Shown: in pieces, positions 1 to 8,707 of the stretch
How the letters are laid out: each line of letters starts with the position of its first letter
Numbering within the stretch: the first letter of the stretch is position 1
Assembly: GCA_947498025.1 (NCBI GenBank)
Contig: CANMJR010000004.1
Location: forward strand, 16,708-80,707
Source: Helicobacteraceae bacterium
GTDB lineage: Bacteria > Campylobacterota > Campylobacteria > Campylobacterales > Sulfurimonadaceae
Direction of reading: 5' to 3'
DNA: 64,000 bases
Translations under genes and position numbers: made by a program
Notes under the pieces: model-generated
What the model saw: only the letters and a program-made list of their open reading frames with translations
What the model was told of the DNA's origin: nothing
Databases searched by the model: none

Positions 1-1106
1 GCAAAGTTTTCGTAGTCGTTTAAGTTTATACATCTGTTATATTCAGAGGTGTTGTGGCGAATTGTATAGTCTGTATAGCCTAAAAAGTGGTCGCTCTCTT
101 GTACTGATTTTCTCACATATAATTCAAAGTTCGCTCTTACATCCTGCTCCGGAATACCAAACCAAAATATATCTACTTCAAACTGGTCATCACCAACCCT
201 AAATATAGTCATAAGCGTATAAGTTGGCATAACTTTATTTATGTCAGTTAAAAGTTCACCGATATACTCACGCCAATCTTTTACAACCTCAGATGTAATG
301 ATAAACTTATCTAAAAGTTGCACCTCAAACTCTAATAGGTCTTTATCGACTGCAATGGCTTTTAGTTTTATTGCCAGCTCATTTACATTTGTGATAATTT
401 CATTCATTTCACTAAATTTTAAATCTATCTCTGTGGGGTCAAATTTTTTAAAATCTTCTACCGAGTTGATGTTTTGAACTTTTTGATTAAATAGTTTCAG
501 AGCATCTGTTATTTTTGAAGTTGTATATCTTGAAGCAAGAAATGCCGCTAGTGCGAAGAGAGGAAGGACTATTAAGAAAAAATAGATGTACTCTAAAAAT
601 GTTTCTTGAATAATGTTGATTAAATTTTGTTCAACATCTATAACGCCTAGCGTGTCTCCAACCTTTGCGTTTGTGTGGCAAGTAAGACACTCTGCTTTTG
701 CGTTGAGTGGCAAAAGATTTCTAATAATTTGAGTTTCACTCAAGGTTAATTTTTCACCACTGTTAAAAACTCTATTTACAATTTCATCTTTTGTTTTCTC
801 ATGAACTTCCCCAAAAAGCTCTTTTACTACATCACTACGATAGATATTTATGGTGTAGTTGCTATCTTTAAAGTTATATTTGAGTGCGTTCATAAAATCA
901 TTTATATCATCTTTACTCCAGCCTTTCTTCATCACTTGGTACATAGATGAAAAAACTTGATTGGAGACAGCATTCGCATGTTTAATTGCCTCTTTTTGTG
1001 CCAAAGCTGTATGCAGATAAGTGGTAAAGATAAATATTAATACAAATAGGGATGATAAAAGTATGATATTAATGGAGAATATAAAGTTTTTTAATGTTTT
1101 TGGCAT
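1..1106 (-). CDS. Membrane sensor with periplasmic c-type heme motif (CLTCH), 3'-truncated by window edge; likely diguanylate cyclase/phosphodiesterase-type signalling protein
   Basis: Not in ORF track. Manually read open frame from ATG 1106 (MPKTLKNFIFSINIILL...) with RBS AGGAAG to position 1. Layout is TM, periplasmic ...AKAECLTCHTNAKVGD..., TM, HAMP-like helices. The output domain lies outside the window and is inferred. Confidence 0.75.
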   Translation of the reverse strand, partial: MPKTLKNFIFSINIILLSSLFVLIFIFTTYLHTALAQKEAIKHANAVSNQVFSSMYQVMKKGWSKDDINDFMNALKYNFKDSNYTINIYRSDVVKELFGEVHEKTKDEIVNRVFNSGEKLTLSETQIIRNLLPLNAKAECLTCHTNAKVGDTLGVIDVEQNLINIIQETFLEYIYFFLIVLPLFALAAFLASRYTTSKITDALKLFNQKVQNINSVEDFKKFDPTEIDLKFSEMNEIITNVNELAIKLKAIAVDKDLLEFEVQLLDKFIITSEVVKDWREYIGELLTDINKVMPTYTLMTIFRVGDDQFEVDIFWFGIPEQDVRANFELYVRKSVQESDHFLGYTDYTIRHNTSEYNRCINLNDYENF

Positions 1107-1161
1107 TGCCGCTTCCTATTATGTGTTACTACTGCATTTAAATTGAATATATAATTATATA

Positions 1162-2364
1162 TCAGTTGTCAAATTTTAGTATGTTTTTCGCTTGTATCAT
1201 ATCTTTATCGCCACGACCTGATAGGTTTACTATGATAAGTTTATCTTTTATATTTGTCATTTTTTTAAGGTATGCCACAGCATGTGCACTCTCAAAAGCA
1301 GGAATAATTCCTTCTCTACGAGAGAGCCAAACAAAGGCATCTAAGGCTTCTTGATCTGTTATATTGTCATAGCTTACAGATTTATTATCCTTATGAAAAG
1401 CGTGCTCAGGTCCGATTCCCGGGTAATCAAGTCCTGCACTTATGGAGTGAGCCTCTTGAATTTGCCCATCCTCATCTTGAAGTAGATAGGTCATTTGACC
1501 ATGTAAAACCCCTGGGCGACCTTTTTCTAAAGAACAGCCATGTTTGTCGGTTTCTATTCCTAGTCCGCCGGCTTCTATGCCGATACACTGAACCTCTTTA
1601 TCTTCCAAAAAGTGTTGAAAGGTTCCGATAGCATTGCTTCCTCCGCCGATACATGCAATTACATAATCCGGTAATCGGTTCTCTTTTTCCAAAATCTGTG
1701 TTCTTGCTTCATATCCGATAATAGCCTGAAAATCTCTTACCATCATAGGGTAGGGATGCGGTCCTGCAACGGTTCCTATGATATAAAAAGTATCTCTTGC
1801 ATTTGTAACCCAGTGGCGGATTGCATCATTCATAGCATCTTTTAGAGTTTTTGAGCCGCTTGTAACGGAGTTAACTTTTGCACCTAAAAGCTTCATTCTA
1901 AAAACATTCAGCTCCTGTCTCTCAACATCTTTGGCACCCATGAAAATTTCACACTCTAAACCTAAAAGCGCGCAAACTGTTGCAGTTGCTACGCCATGCT
2001 GACCTGCACCTGTTTCTGCAATTATTTTTTTATAGCCAAGTCTTTTTGCCATGATTCCCTGAGCGATAACATTGTTTACTTTGTGCGCACCAGTATGGTT
2101 TAAATCTTCTCGTTTGAGGTAAACTTTAGCACCGATTTCATCCGAGATGTTTTTTGCAAAGTAAAGAGGTGAAGGGCGCCCTACATAATCTTTTAAGTAG
2201 TAGTGAACTTCACTCCAAAACTCTTTGTCAAAACGAATTTTTTTGTATTCGTCGCTGAGTCTTAAAAGTGCCGGCATGAGTGTTTCAGGAACATATCTGC
2301 CCCCGAAAATGCCAAAGTGCCCGTTTTTATCCGGATCATATTTTGATGGTGACGGTATATACAT
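1162..2364 (-). CDS. trpB: Tryptophan synthase beta chain
   Basis: [15 protein letters not shown]-lysine motif, [24 protein letters not shown]. Confidence 0.97.
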   Translation of the reverse strand: MYIPSPSKYDPDKNGHFGIFGGRYVPETLMPALLRLSDEYKKIRFDKEFWSEVHYYLKDYVGRPSPLYFAKNISDEIGAKVYLKREDLNHTGAHKVNNVIAQGIMAKRLGYKKIIAETGAGQHGVATATVCALLGLECEIFMGAKDVERQELNVFRMKLLGAKVNSVTSGSKTLKDAMNDAIRHWVTNARDTFYIIGTVAGPHPYPMMVRDFQAIIGYEARTQILEKENRLPDYVIACIGGGSNAIGTFQHFLEDKEVQCIGIEAGGLGIETDKHGCSLEKGRPGVLHGQMTYLLQDEDGQIQEAHSISAGLDYPGIGPEHAFHKDNKSVSYDNITDQEALDAFVWLSRREGIIPAFESAHAVAYLKKMTNIKDKLIIVNLSGRGDKDMIQAKNILKFDN

Positions 2365-2912
2365 TATGCGACCTCGATAATAGAATAAACTGTAGTTTGA
2401 TTTTTTAGATTTTCAATTCCGTCTAAAAAAGTAAGTCCTAGAACAAAACATGCTTCAACACACTCTCCGCCGGCTTGTTTTATAAGTTTTGCCGCCGCAT
2501 TAGCAGTTCCGCCTGTGGCAATGAGGTCATCTATGAGAAGAACTCTTGCATGGGGAATCTTACTAAAAGCATCTATATGAACCTCTACTTCATCTATTCC
2601 ATACTCGAGAGAATATTTTTCGCTGATAGTCGTATAGGGAAGTTTGCCTTTTTTTCTGATAGGTACAAAACCTATACTAAGCATCTGAGCCAGAGCAGCA
2701 CCAAAAATAAAGCCTCTTGCGTCAATTCCGGCGATATAATTTAAATTATAATCTTTATATTTTTGATAAAGATGATTCATCAAAACGCCATACGCTTCTT
2801 TGTCATTCAAAAGGGTCGTGATGTCCTTAAAAACTATTCCCTGTTTTGGAAAATCTTTTATGTCTCTTATGGAGTTTTCTATAATTTTTCTCTCAATTGA
2901 GCTAAGTTTCAT
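2364..2912 (-). CDS. apt: Adenine phosphoribosyltransferase
   Basis: [16 protein letters not shown]; PRPP-binding [11 protein letters not shown]. Confidence 0.96.
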   Translation of the reverse strand: MKLSSIERKIIENSIRDIKDFPKQGIVFKDITTLLNDKEAYGVLMNHLYQKYKDYNLNYIAGIDARGFIFGAALAQMLSIGFVPIRKKGKLPYTTISEKYSLEYGIDEVEVHIDAFSKIPHARVLLIDDLIATGGTANAAAKLIKQAGGECVEACFVLGLTFLDGIENLKNQTTVYSIIEVA

Positions 2913-2920
2913 AAATATCC

Positions 2921-3253
2921 TTATAATAGAGCGTCTATACGACTCTCTAACGCTTTGATTTTGCCGTTTAAACGGTCTGTCTCTTGTCTATGTTTAGAGT
3001 TTCTCTGTTTTAACACTTTGAGTTCATTCCTTAGTTTTGTTAACTCTTCACTTAAAATATCAACATTTCCCAAAGCTCTTTGAAGCTGGATCTGATATTT
3101 TCTGATAAGTATTTCGGCCTCTTGAAGTGTCAGTTTCATGAGGTCATTGCTTCTCTGCTCTCTGTTTGTAATACTTTTAAAGTAGTACATTTTAACAAAT
3201 AGATAGATAGAGAGTGTTGCCAATATCGTTAAAAGTGACCATTCCCAAAACAT
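2921..3253 (-). CDS. Conserved membrane-anchored coiled-coil protein
   Basis: N-terminal TM helix then heptad coiled coil; in operon between rpiB and apt. Confidence 0.75.
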   Translation of the reverse strand: MFWEWSLLTILATLSIYLFVKMYYFKSITNREQRSNDLMKLTLQEAEILIRKYQIQLQRALGNVDILSEELTKLRNELKVLKQRNSKHRQETDRLNGKIKALESRIDALL

Positions 3254-3271
3254 GATTTTTCCTTTAAAGTT

Positions 3272-3709
3272 CTAAGATTTTATAGCTTCTATCTTTTCAA
3301 CTCTGCCGACATGTCTTCCACCTTCAAAACTACCTGCAATCCAAGCATCTATGATTGATTCGGCAACACCTTTACCGATGATTCTCTCGCCAAAACAGAG
3401 TATATTTGCATCATTATGGGCGCGGGCAACCGTTGCGGTGTATGCGTCATGGCAGAGTGCTGCGCGAATTCCTGAGTGTCTGTTTGCTGCCATGCTCATA
3501 CCGATTCCCGAACCGCAGATGAGGATTCCTTGTGACTCAGAATCGCCTAAAACGCTCTGTGAAACCTTGACTGCATAATCAGGATAATCAACTCTCTCTT
3601 TATCGAAAGGTCCTAGGTCTATCACTTCATGCCCTTTTTCTTTGAGCAGCTCTACGGTGAAATCTTTTAAATCAATTCCGGCATGGTCGGTAGCTATATA
3701 AAATTTCAT
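3272..3709 (-). CDS. rpiB: Ribose-5-phosphate isomerase B
   Basis: DHAG, DYPD, CGSGIGMS, AHNDAN, FEGGRH motifs. Confidence 0.96.
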   Translation of the reverse strand: MKFYIATDHAGIDLKDFTVELLKEKGHEVIDLGPFDKERVDYPDYAVKVSQSVLGDSESQGILICGSGIGMSMAANRHSGIRAALCHDAYTATVARAHNDANILCFGERIIGKGVAESIIDAWIAGSFEGGRHVGRVEKIEAIKS

Positions 3710-3718
3710 TTTTTTCCT

Positions 3719-4396
3719 TTATGGTAAGAGTAAATTTAAAATAAGTTGTACAGGTAAGAGAAGCAGATAATCTTTTAACGGAGTCATAAGTATGATTAAA
3801 ACGATGATAATGCCGTATCTCTCATTTTTATAAAAAAACTCTGCAATAGAGTTGATTTTATATTTGAGAGCAAGATGCATAATAAAATGTGCTCCGTCAA
3901 ATTGAGGCACAGGAAGCAGGTTGAATATACCAAGGACTACATTTATAATGAGAAGTTTGAAGACAAAAATATAGAAGAAAATGTAGATTAAACTATCCAC
4001 ACTTGTCGGTTTATCTAAGGCTACAACAGCGATAGAGGCTAACACCGCTAAAGTAAAGTTATAAACAATCCCTGCTAAATCAACCTGCATGGCTGCATTG
4101 TAGCCGCCTCTGTTTATAACGGTTGACATGTTGATAGGAACAGGTTTTGCCCAACCAAATAAAAATCCGCTTTCTCCGCCAAGAAGTATAGGCAAAAAGT
4201 ACAGAGTGAGCGGAACGATGATTGTACCGACTAAATCAATATGAGTGAGTGGGTTGATAGATAAGCGTCCTGCATTTTTAGCAGTTGTATCGCCATACAT
4301 GTAGGCAATGAAACCATGCATAATCTCATGCCCGATAACAGCTACCGCTAAGGCTAAGACAGCTGCTGCTATTTTTAGTAAATCAATAGATTCCAT
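3719..4396 (-). CDS. Site-2 protease family (M50) membrane metallopeptidase
   Basis: HEIMH zinc motif, NLLPVPQFDG motif, multiple TM helices. Confidence 0.9.
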   Translation of the reverse strand: MESIDLLKIAAAVLALAVAVIGHEIMHGFIAYMYGDTTAKNAGRLSINPLTHIDLVGTIIVPLTLYFLPILLGGESGFLFGWAKPVPINMSTVINRGGYNAAMQVDLAGIVYNFTLAVLASIAVVALDKPTSVDSLIYIFFYIFVFKLLIINVVLGIFNLLPVPQFDGAHFIMHLALKYKINSIAEFFYKNERYGIIIVLIILMTPLKDYLLLLPVQLILNLLLP

Positions 4397-5192
4397 GGTC
4401 GGCTTTGTCTTCTTTTATTCTCTGTTTTTGTGCTCTCTCTAAGATAGCCGGAGATTCTAAATCAGTCGGTGTTTTACCGACTCTATCCCATCTGATCTCC
4501 CAATTCTCGTCAATTGAGAAGTAAACAAACCAAGGAGTTCCCTCTATATTCTCATATGGAACTGTGCCCCAAAAACGGCTATCGTTGGAGTGGTCACGGT
4601 TGTCCCCCATCATAAAGTAGTTGTCTTTAGTAACTTTTACAGGGGCGAAATTAAAAAGTTCTTGCGGGTATCTTCCATCATTTGTGATTTTGTCATCATG
4701 GTGGATTCCCGGATGCTCTTTTTGATATGGATTTTTAACCCATAGCTTTGAGTCAAACATTACTACTTCATACTCTTTAAAGTTCTCTTTTATCCACGCA
4801 TCGCCCTCTCTGTGGTGCAAATACAAATCTTTATTGAGCACAAAAAGTTCATCATCCGGAAGTGCGACACATCTTTTTACAAAGTGCTGTTTAATATTAT
4901 TCGGATATCTAAAAATAACTATGTCGCCTCTTTTTGGCGTATCTCCGTCAATGAGGTGAAGTTTGTCACTCCATGGCATGATTGAGAGTTCTAAAAATGG
5001 GAGATGCGGCATAGGAATGCCATAGGCAAATTTTTTGGCAAAAAGGTGGTCACCTATGAGAAGGGAATCTTTCATGGAACCCGAGGGAATTCTGAAAGCC
5101 TGCGCTATAAAGAAGATGACAAAGAGAACTATGATGATAGTTCCCGTCCATGAGTTGGAAAACTTATATGTTTTTTTTAAAAATTCTTTCAT
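4383..5192 (-). CDS. lepB: Signal peptidase I
   Basis: IPSGSM catalytic Ser, VKR Lys, GDNRDHSNDSR. Confidence 0.96.
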   Translation of the reverse strand: MKEFLKKTYKFSNSWTGTIIIVLFVIFFIAQAFRIPSGSMKDSLLIGDHLFAKKFAYGIPMPHLPFLELSIMPWSDKLHLIDGDTPKRGDIVIFRYPNNIKQHFVKRCVALPDDELFVLNKDLYLHHREGDAWIKENFKEYEVVMFDSKLWVKNPYQKEHPGIHHDDKITNDGRYPQELFNFAPVKVTKDNYFMMGDNRDHSNDSRFWGTVPYENIEGTPWFVYFSIDENWEIRWDRVGKTPTDLESPAILERAQKQRIKEDKADHGIY

Positions 5193-6050
5193 TTATGCTC
5201 TTTTATCTGCGTTTATTTGGGCTGCTTTTAGAGTGTTACTCAAAAGCATAGCGATTGTCATGGGACCGACTCCACCCGGAACAGGTGTAATGTAAGAGCA
5301 TTTTTTGCTCACATTGTCAAAATCAACATCACCGACGAGTGTTCCATTTTCTGCACGGTTAATGCCGATATCGATGATAATAACTCCATCTTTGACCATG
5401 TCTTCTTTGATGAGATTGATTACGCCTACGCCAACCAAAAGAATATCAGCATTAAGGGTATGCTTTTTTAAATCATCTGTAAAGATATGGCAAATCTCAA
5501 CCGTTGCATTTGCATTTAAAAGCAGGGCAGCCATTGGTTTTCCGACTATATTTGAAGCACCGACAACGACACAATTTTTACCTTTTACATCTATGTTGTA
5601 CTCTTTTAAAAGTTCCATAACACCAAGCGGAGTACATGGCACGAAACCATCAAGCCCGGTTGTAAGGCGACCTACATTAAATGGGTGAAAACCATCTACA
5701 TCTTTACTCGGCTCTACAAGTTCAAGAATTTTTGTTGTCTCTATTTGCGGAGGAAGTGGGAGCTGAATCAGAATGCCGTCTATGTTTGGATTGGTGTTCA
5801 TCATTTTGATTGTGTTTTCTATGGCGTCTTGCGAAATATCTTCGGGCATCTCATGTGTAACGGAGTAAAAACCTACTTTATCGCAGGCTTTTTTTTTCAT
5901 GTTTACATAGGCTGCACTTGCGGGATCATGTCCTACAAGAATGACTGCTAAACCGGGAACCGAACCTGTTTTGCTTTTTAACTCTTTTACTTGACTATAT
6001 ACTCGTTCTTGTATTATTTGCGAAAGTTTTTTACCATCAAGAAGCTGCAT
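5193..6050 (-). CDS. folD: Methylenetetrahydrofolate dehydrogenase/cyclohydrolase
   Basis: KDVDGFHP, PCTPLG, PVPGGVGPMT. Confidence 0.97.
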   Translation of the reverse strand: MQLLDGKKLSQIIQERVYSQVKELKSKTGSVPGLAVILVGHDPASAAYVNMKKKACDKVGFYSVTHEMPEDISQDAIENTIKMMNTNPNIDGILIQLPLPPQIETTKILELVEPSKDVDGFHPFNVGRLTTGLDGFVPCTPLGVMELLKEYNIDVKGKNCVVVGASNIVGKPMAALLLNANATVEICHIFTDDLKKHTLNADILLVGVGVINLIKEDMVKDGVIIIDIGINRAENGTLVGDVDFDNVSKKCSYITPVPGGVGPMTIAMLLSNTLKAAQINADKRA

Positions 6051-6111
6051 TTATACCCCATAAATTATTTTTTTGTTATTATATCATTTAATGATAAAAG
6101 GTCGCTTTACA

Positions 6112-6726
6112 ATGAAATATCTACTCTATCTTACTTTGCCGTGCTTACTTGTTGCTGATTCGAGTTTTATAACTATTATGGAATATTCCTCTCAGCTCTA
6201 CAAAAATCCAAGAGGAATCGGCTGTCAAAATTGCCATGGCGAAAAAGGCGAAGGCAAATTAGTTGCAAATTATATGCATAACAATGAGAAAAAAAATTTT
6301 GCCGGATCGGCTATCAATAAACTTGAATGGAGCACATTTTACTATGCACTCAACAGATCAAATAACGGCATGCCGCGATACTATTTAACGGAAAAAGAGA
6401 TTCAGGCACTCTATTTGTATATCAATGAAGATGAGCTCAGAAAAGCTGAAAAAGAGGCTCTCAAAACCAAAAATGAAACACCAAGAAAAGAGGCAGTGAA
6501 AACTGCGGCAGAAGAGCCGAAAATTCAAAAAATAGAACCAAAAGTTCAAAAAACAGAGCCGAAAAAAGAGGAATTTAAAGTTCAAAAAATAGAACCAAAA
6601 GCAGAACCAAAAAAAGAGAAACCTCAAATGAAGATGGAAGATCCTAGATATCAAACATTTCAAAAGATGGAACCAAAAAATGAAGGACCGAAGAAGTTGA
6701 GATATGAAGACTATCCAGATAGATAA
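6112..6726 (+). CDS. Monoheme c-type cytochrome with Lys/Glu/Pro-rich repetitive C-terminal tail
   Basis: Signal peptide, CQNCH heme motif, distal Met in GMP; likely ATG 6112; QKIEPK-type repeats. Confidence 0.85.
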   Translation: MKYLLYLTLPCLLVADSSFITIMEYSSQLYKNPRGIGCQNCHGEKGEGKLVANYMHNNEKKNFAGSAINKLEWSTFYYALNRSNNGMPRYYLTEKEIQALYLYINEDELRKAEKEALKTKNETPRKEAVKTAAEEPKIQKIEPKVQKTEPKKEEFKVQKIEPKAEPKKEKPQMKMEDPRYQTFQKMEPKNEGPKKLRYEDYPDR

Positions 6727-7651
6727 TTTAAACAGTGTTTCTTTAGCTTTTGAAAATAGGGATTTAGAGGCACTTCGTAAGTTAGCCGTTCCAACGCAAA
6801 GAGTTGTAAACAGAAGCAGTGATTTCTCTTCGGTTTTGATGCTCTCATGCAATAATATAAAACACCTCTTAAAGATTGACACATTAGAGGCTGAGTGCAT
6901 AATATTGAATTTGGAAGATGGAGTGAGCAGGGAAGATAAACCTTTTGCACTTCTTCTTTGTGCCATTTTTTTATCGCAACACACGCATAGCAATAAAAAA
7001 CTTGTTGTGAGGGTCAATGCTCTTGATGAGGGGGGATACGAGGAGATAAGTTATTTAAACCGATTTATGCCTGATGCCATAAGGGTTCCAAAGATTAAAA
7101 ACAGGGATGAAGTCACATCTGTTTTGGAGCGTTTAAACAGCGATATAGAACTTCATCTCTCAATAGAAACAGCCTCGGCATGGCAGAACCTGCACTCATT
7201 TGCAGTAGATGGAAGAGTTACCGCTTTTTATCTGGGGATACTGGATCTGTTTGCAGATATGAAACTCCCTCAATCTTTAATAAAAAGAGATAATCCGACC
7301 ATGCTATACATACTTTCCCATTTTTTAGTAACATGTAAATCCATGGGTGTCAAAGCTGTCTCTTTTGTCTATCAAGAGTTTCAAAATCTTGAAGAGTTTG
7401 GCATGTGGCTATCTTTAGAAAAAAGCATGGGTTATGATGCAAAAGGGTGTATCTCTCCAAACCAAGTTATGTTGGTCAATGAGATTTTTTCACAAAGTAT
7501 GCAAGAATTAGAAAGAGCAAAAAAAATAGTAGAGCTTTTTGAATTGAACAAAGAAAAGGGAATAAGCGGTTTTGTGGATGATGAATATGGTTTTATAGAT
7601 GAGCCAATTTATAAAGGAGCTTTGAATTTATTAACTGATGTTACGCACTAA
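6704..7651 (+). CDS. HpcH/HpaI aldolase / citrate lyase beta-like protein
   Basis: LNLEDGV, VVRVN, IRVPK, IET, KGCISPNQV, FIDEP motifs of the CitE-like family. Confidence 0.85.
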   Translation: MKTIQIDNLNSVSLAFENRDLEALRKLAVPTQRVVNRSSDFSSVLMLSCNNIKHLLKIDTLEAECIILNLEDGVSREDKPFALLLCAIFLSQHTHSNKKLVVRVNALDEGGYEEISYLNRFMPDAIRVPKIKNRDEVTSVLERLNSDIELHLSIETASAWQNLHSFAVDGRVTAFYLGILDLFADMKLPQSLIKRDNPTMLYILSHFLVTCKSMGVKAVSFVYQEFQNLEEFGMWLSLEKSMGYDAKGCISPNQVMLVNEIFSQSMQELERAKKIVELFELNKEKGISGFVDDEYGFIDEPIYKGALNLLTDVTH

Positions 7652-7752
7652 AACGAACGCGTCCGTTTTAGTGGCAGGGACAAATTGTCCCTACAACCCC
7701 CTAAAGCTACAAAAAACTTTGTTTTTCGAGAATTACAAAGGGCGTAACATCA
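7636..7752 (+). repeat. Structured interspersed repeat copy 1 (117 bp, MITE/REP-like) with 11-bp terminal inverted repeats
   Basis: TGATGTTACGC at 7636-7646 and GCGTAACATCA at 7742-7752; internal hairpins cactaaaacg/cgttttagtg and agggaca/tgtccct; near-identical to 20018-20120. Confidence 0.9.
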
Positions 7753-7792
7753 TTTAATAACAAAAGCTGTAATATTAAATCAAAGGAGTTAC

Positions 7793-8707
7793 ATGAAAAT
7801 ATTTATATTTATACTGCTAATCAGTTTAAGTCTCTTTGCAAAAGAGATGACATCGAGTGAGGTGTATGGTCAGGTAATGCTCATAGAAGAGGAGGTTGAA
7901 TTTCTGCTTGACCATTATAAAGTGGTGCATCATCACAACAAAAATAGTGAGAATATAACACATATAACGGCAGAACTTAGACCTAGAAATGTTTGGCAAA
8001 AAACGTATGAGATAATGATAAAAATAAATATATTAAGAAATAGGTTTGGTTTGGAAACGAATGAACCTGTCAATACATCACCTGTCCTAAATTTAAATCC
8101 GAATATGGTGTATGGGCAAACACAAAGAATATTGACGGAACTAAGTATCTTCAAAATGAGAGAGGACATAGTGAGTCCTGTTTTTAAAAAGCAGGAGTTC
8201 AAAAACAAAGTGCCTTTGGATGTTTTTAATGCCCTCTATCATGTCTCTGTGTTGTTAGACGAGCTAAATGGGGCTGAGATTTCTCTCTCTTTTAGTTACG
8301 GTGAAACTCTTAGGATATATGATGATATTACATCTGTTTTGCAACACTTAAATATAGAAGACAATACAATTCCTGAAATTAAGAACCCTAGTGCAACACC
8401 CACAGATGCACTGAATAATAGCATTTTGCTACTCGAAAAAATAAAACAGCTTCAGATACTCGCAGGCATAGCTGTCGTAGATTTTAGTCAATTTAAAAAA
8501 GCCGAGGCGAAAGAGAGGGATGTATTTGAAATATCTGAGATGGTATTGGCAGAACTTCAAACGATAAAAGCGTTCGTAGGGGTAAAAACAATCACACATG
8601 CAGCAACGCAGTACGAAGGTAAAACAGCTGCGGAAGTGAATCAGCTTATGAGTTGGAATTTAAGAAAACTTAATCTGATTCAATCCTTAAAAAGAGGAGG
8701 AGAATGA
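7793..8707 (+). CDS. Secreted/periplasmic protein of unknown function with internal repeats
   Basis: RBS AAGGAG, signal peptide, recurring x-P/S-x-D/E-V-Y/F motifs; overlaps start of the kinase. Confidence 0.75.
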   Translation: MKIFIFILLISLSLFAKEMTSSEVYGQVMLIEEEVEFLLDHYKVVHHHNKNSENITHITAELRPRNVWQKTYEIMIKINILRNRFGLETNEPVNTSPVLNLNPNMVYGQTQRILTELSIFKMREDIVSPVFKKQEFKNKVPLDVFNALYHVSVLLDELNGAEISLSFSYGETLRIYDDITSVLQHLNIEDNTIPEIKNPSATPTDALNNSILLLEKIKQLQILAGIAVVDFSQFKKAEAKERDVFEISEMVLAELQTIKAFVGVKTITHAATQYEGKTAAEVNQLMSWNLRKLNLIQSLKRGGE

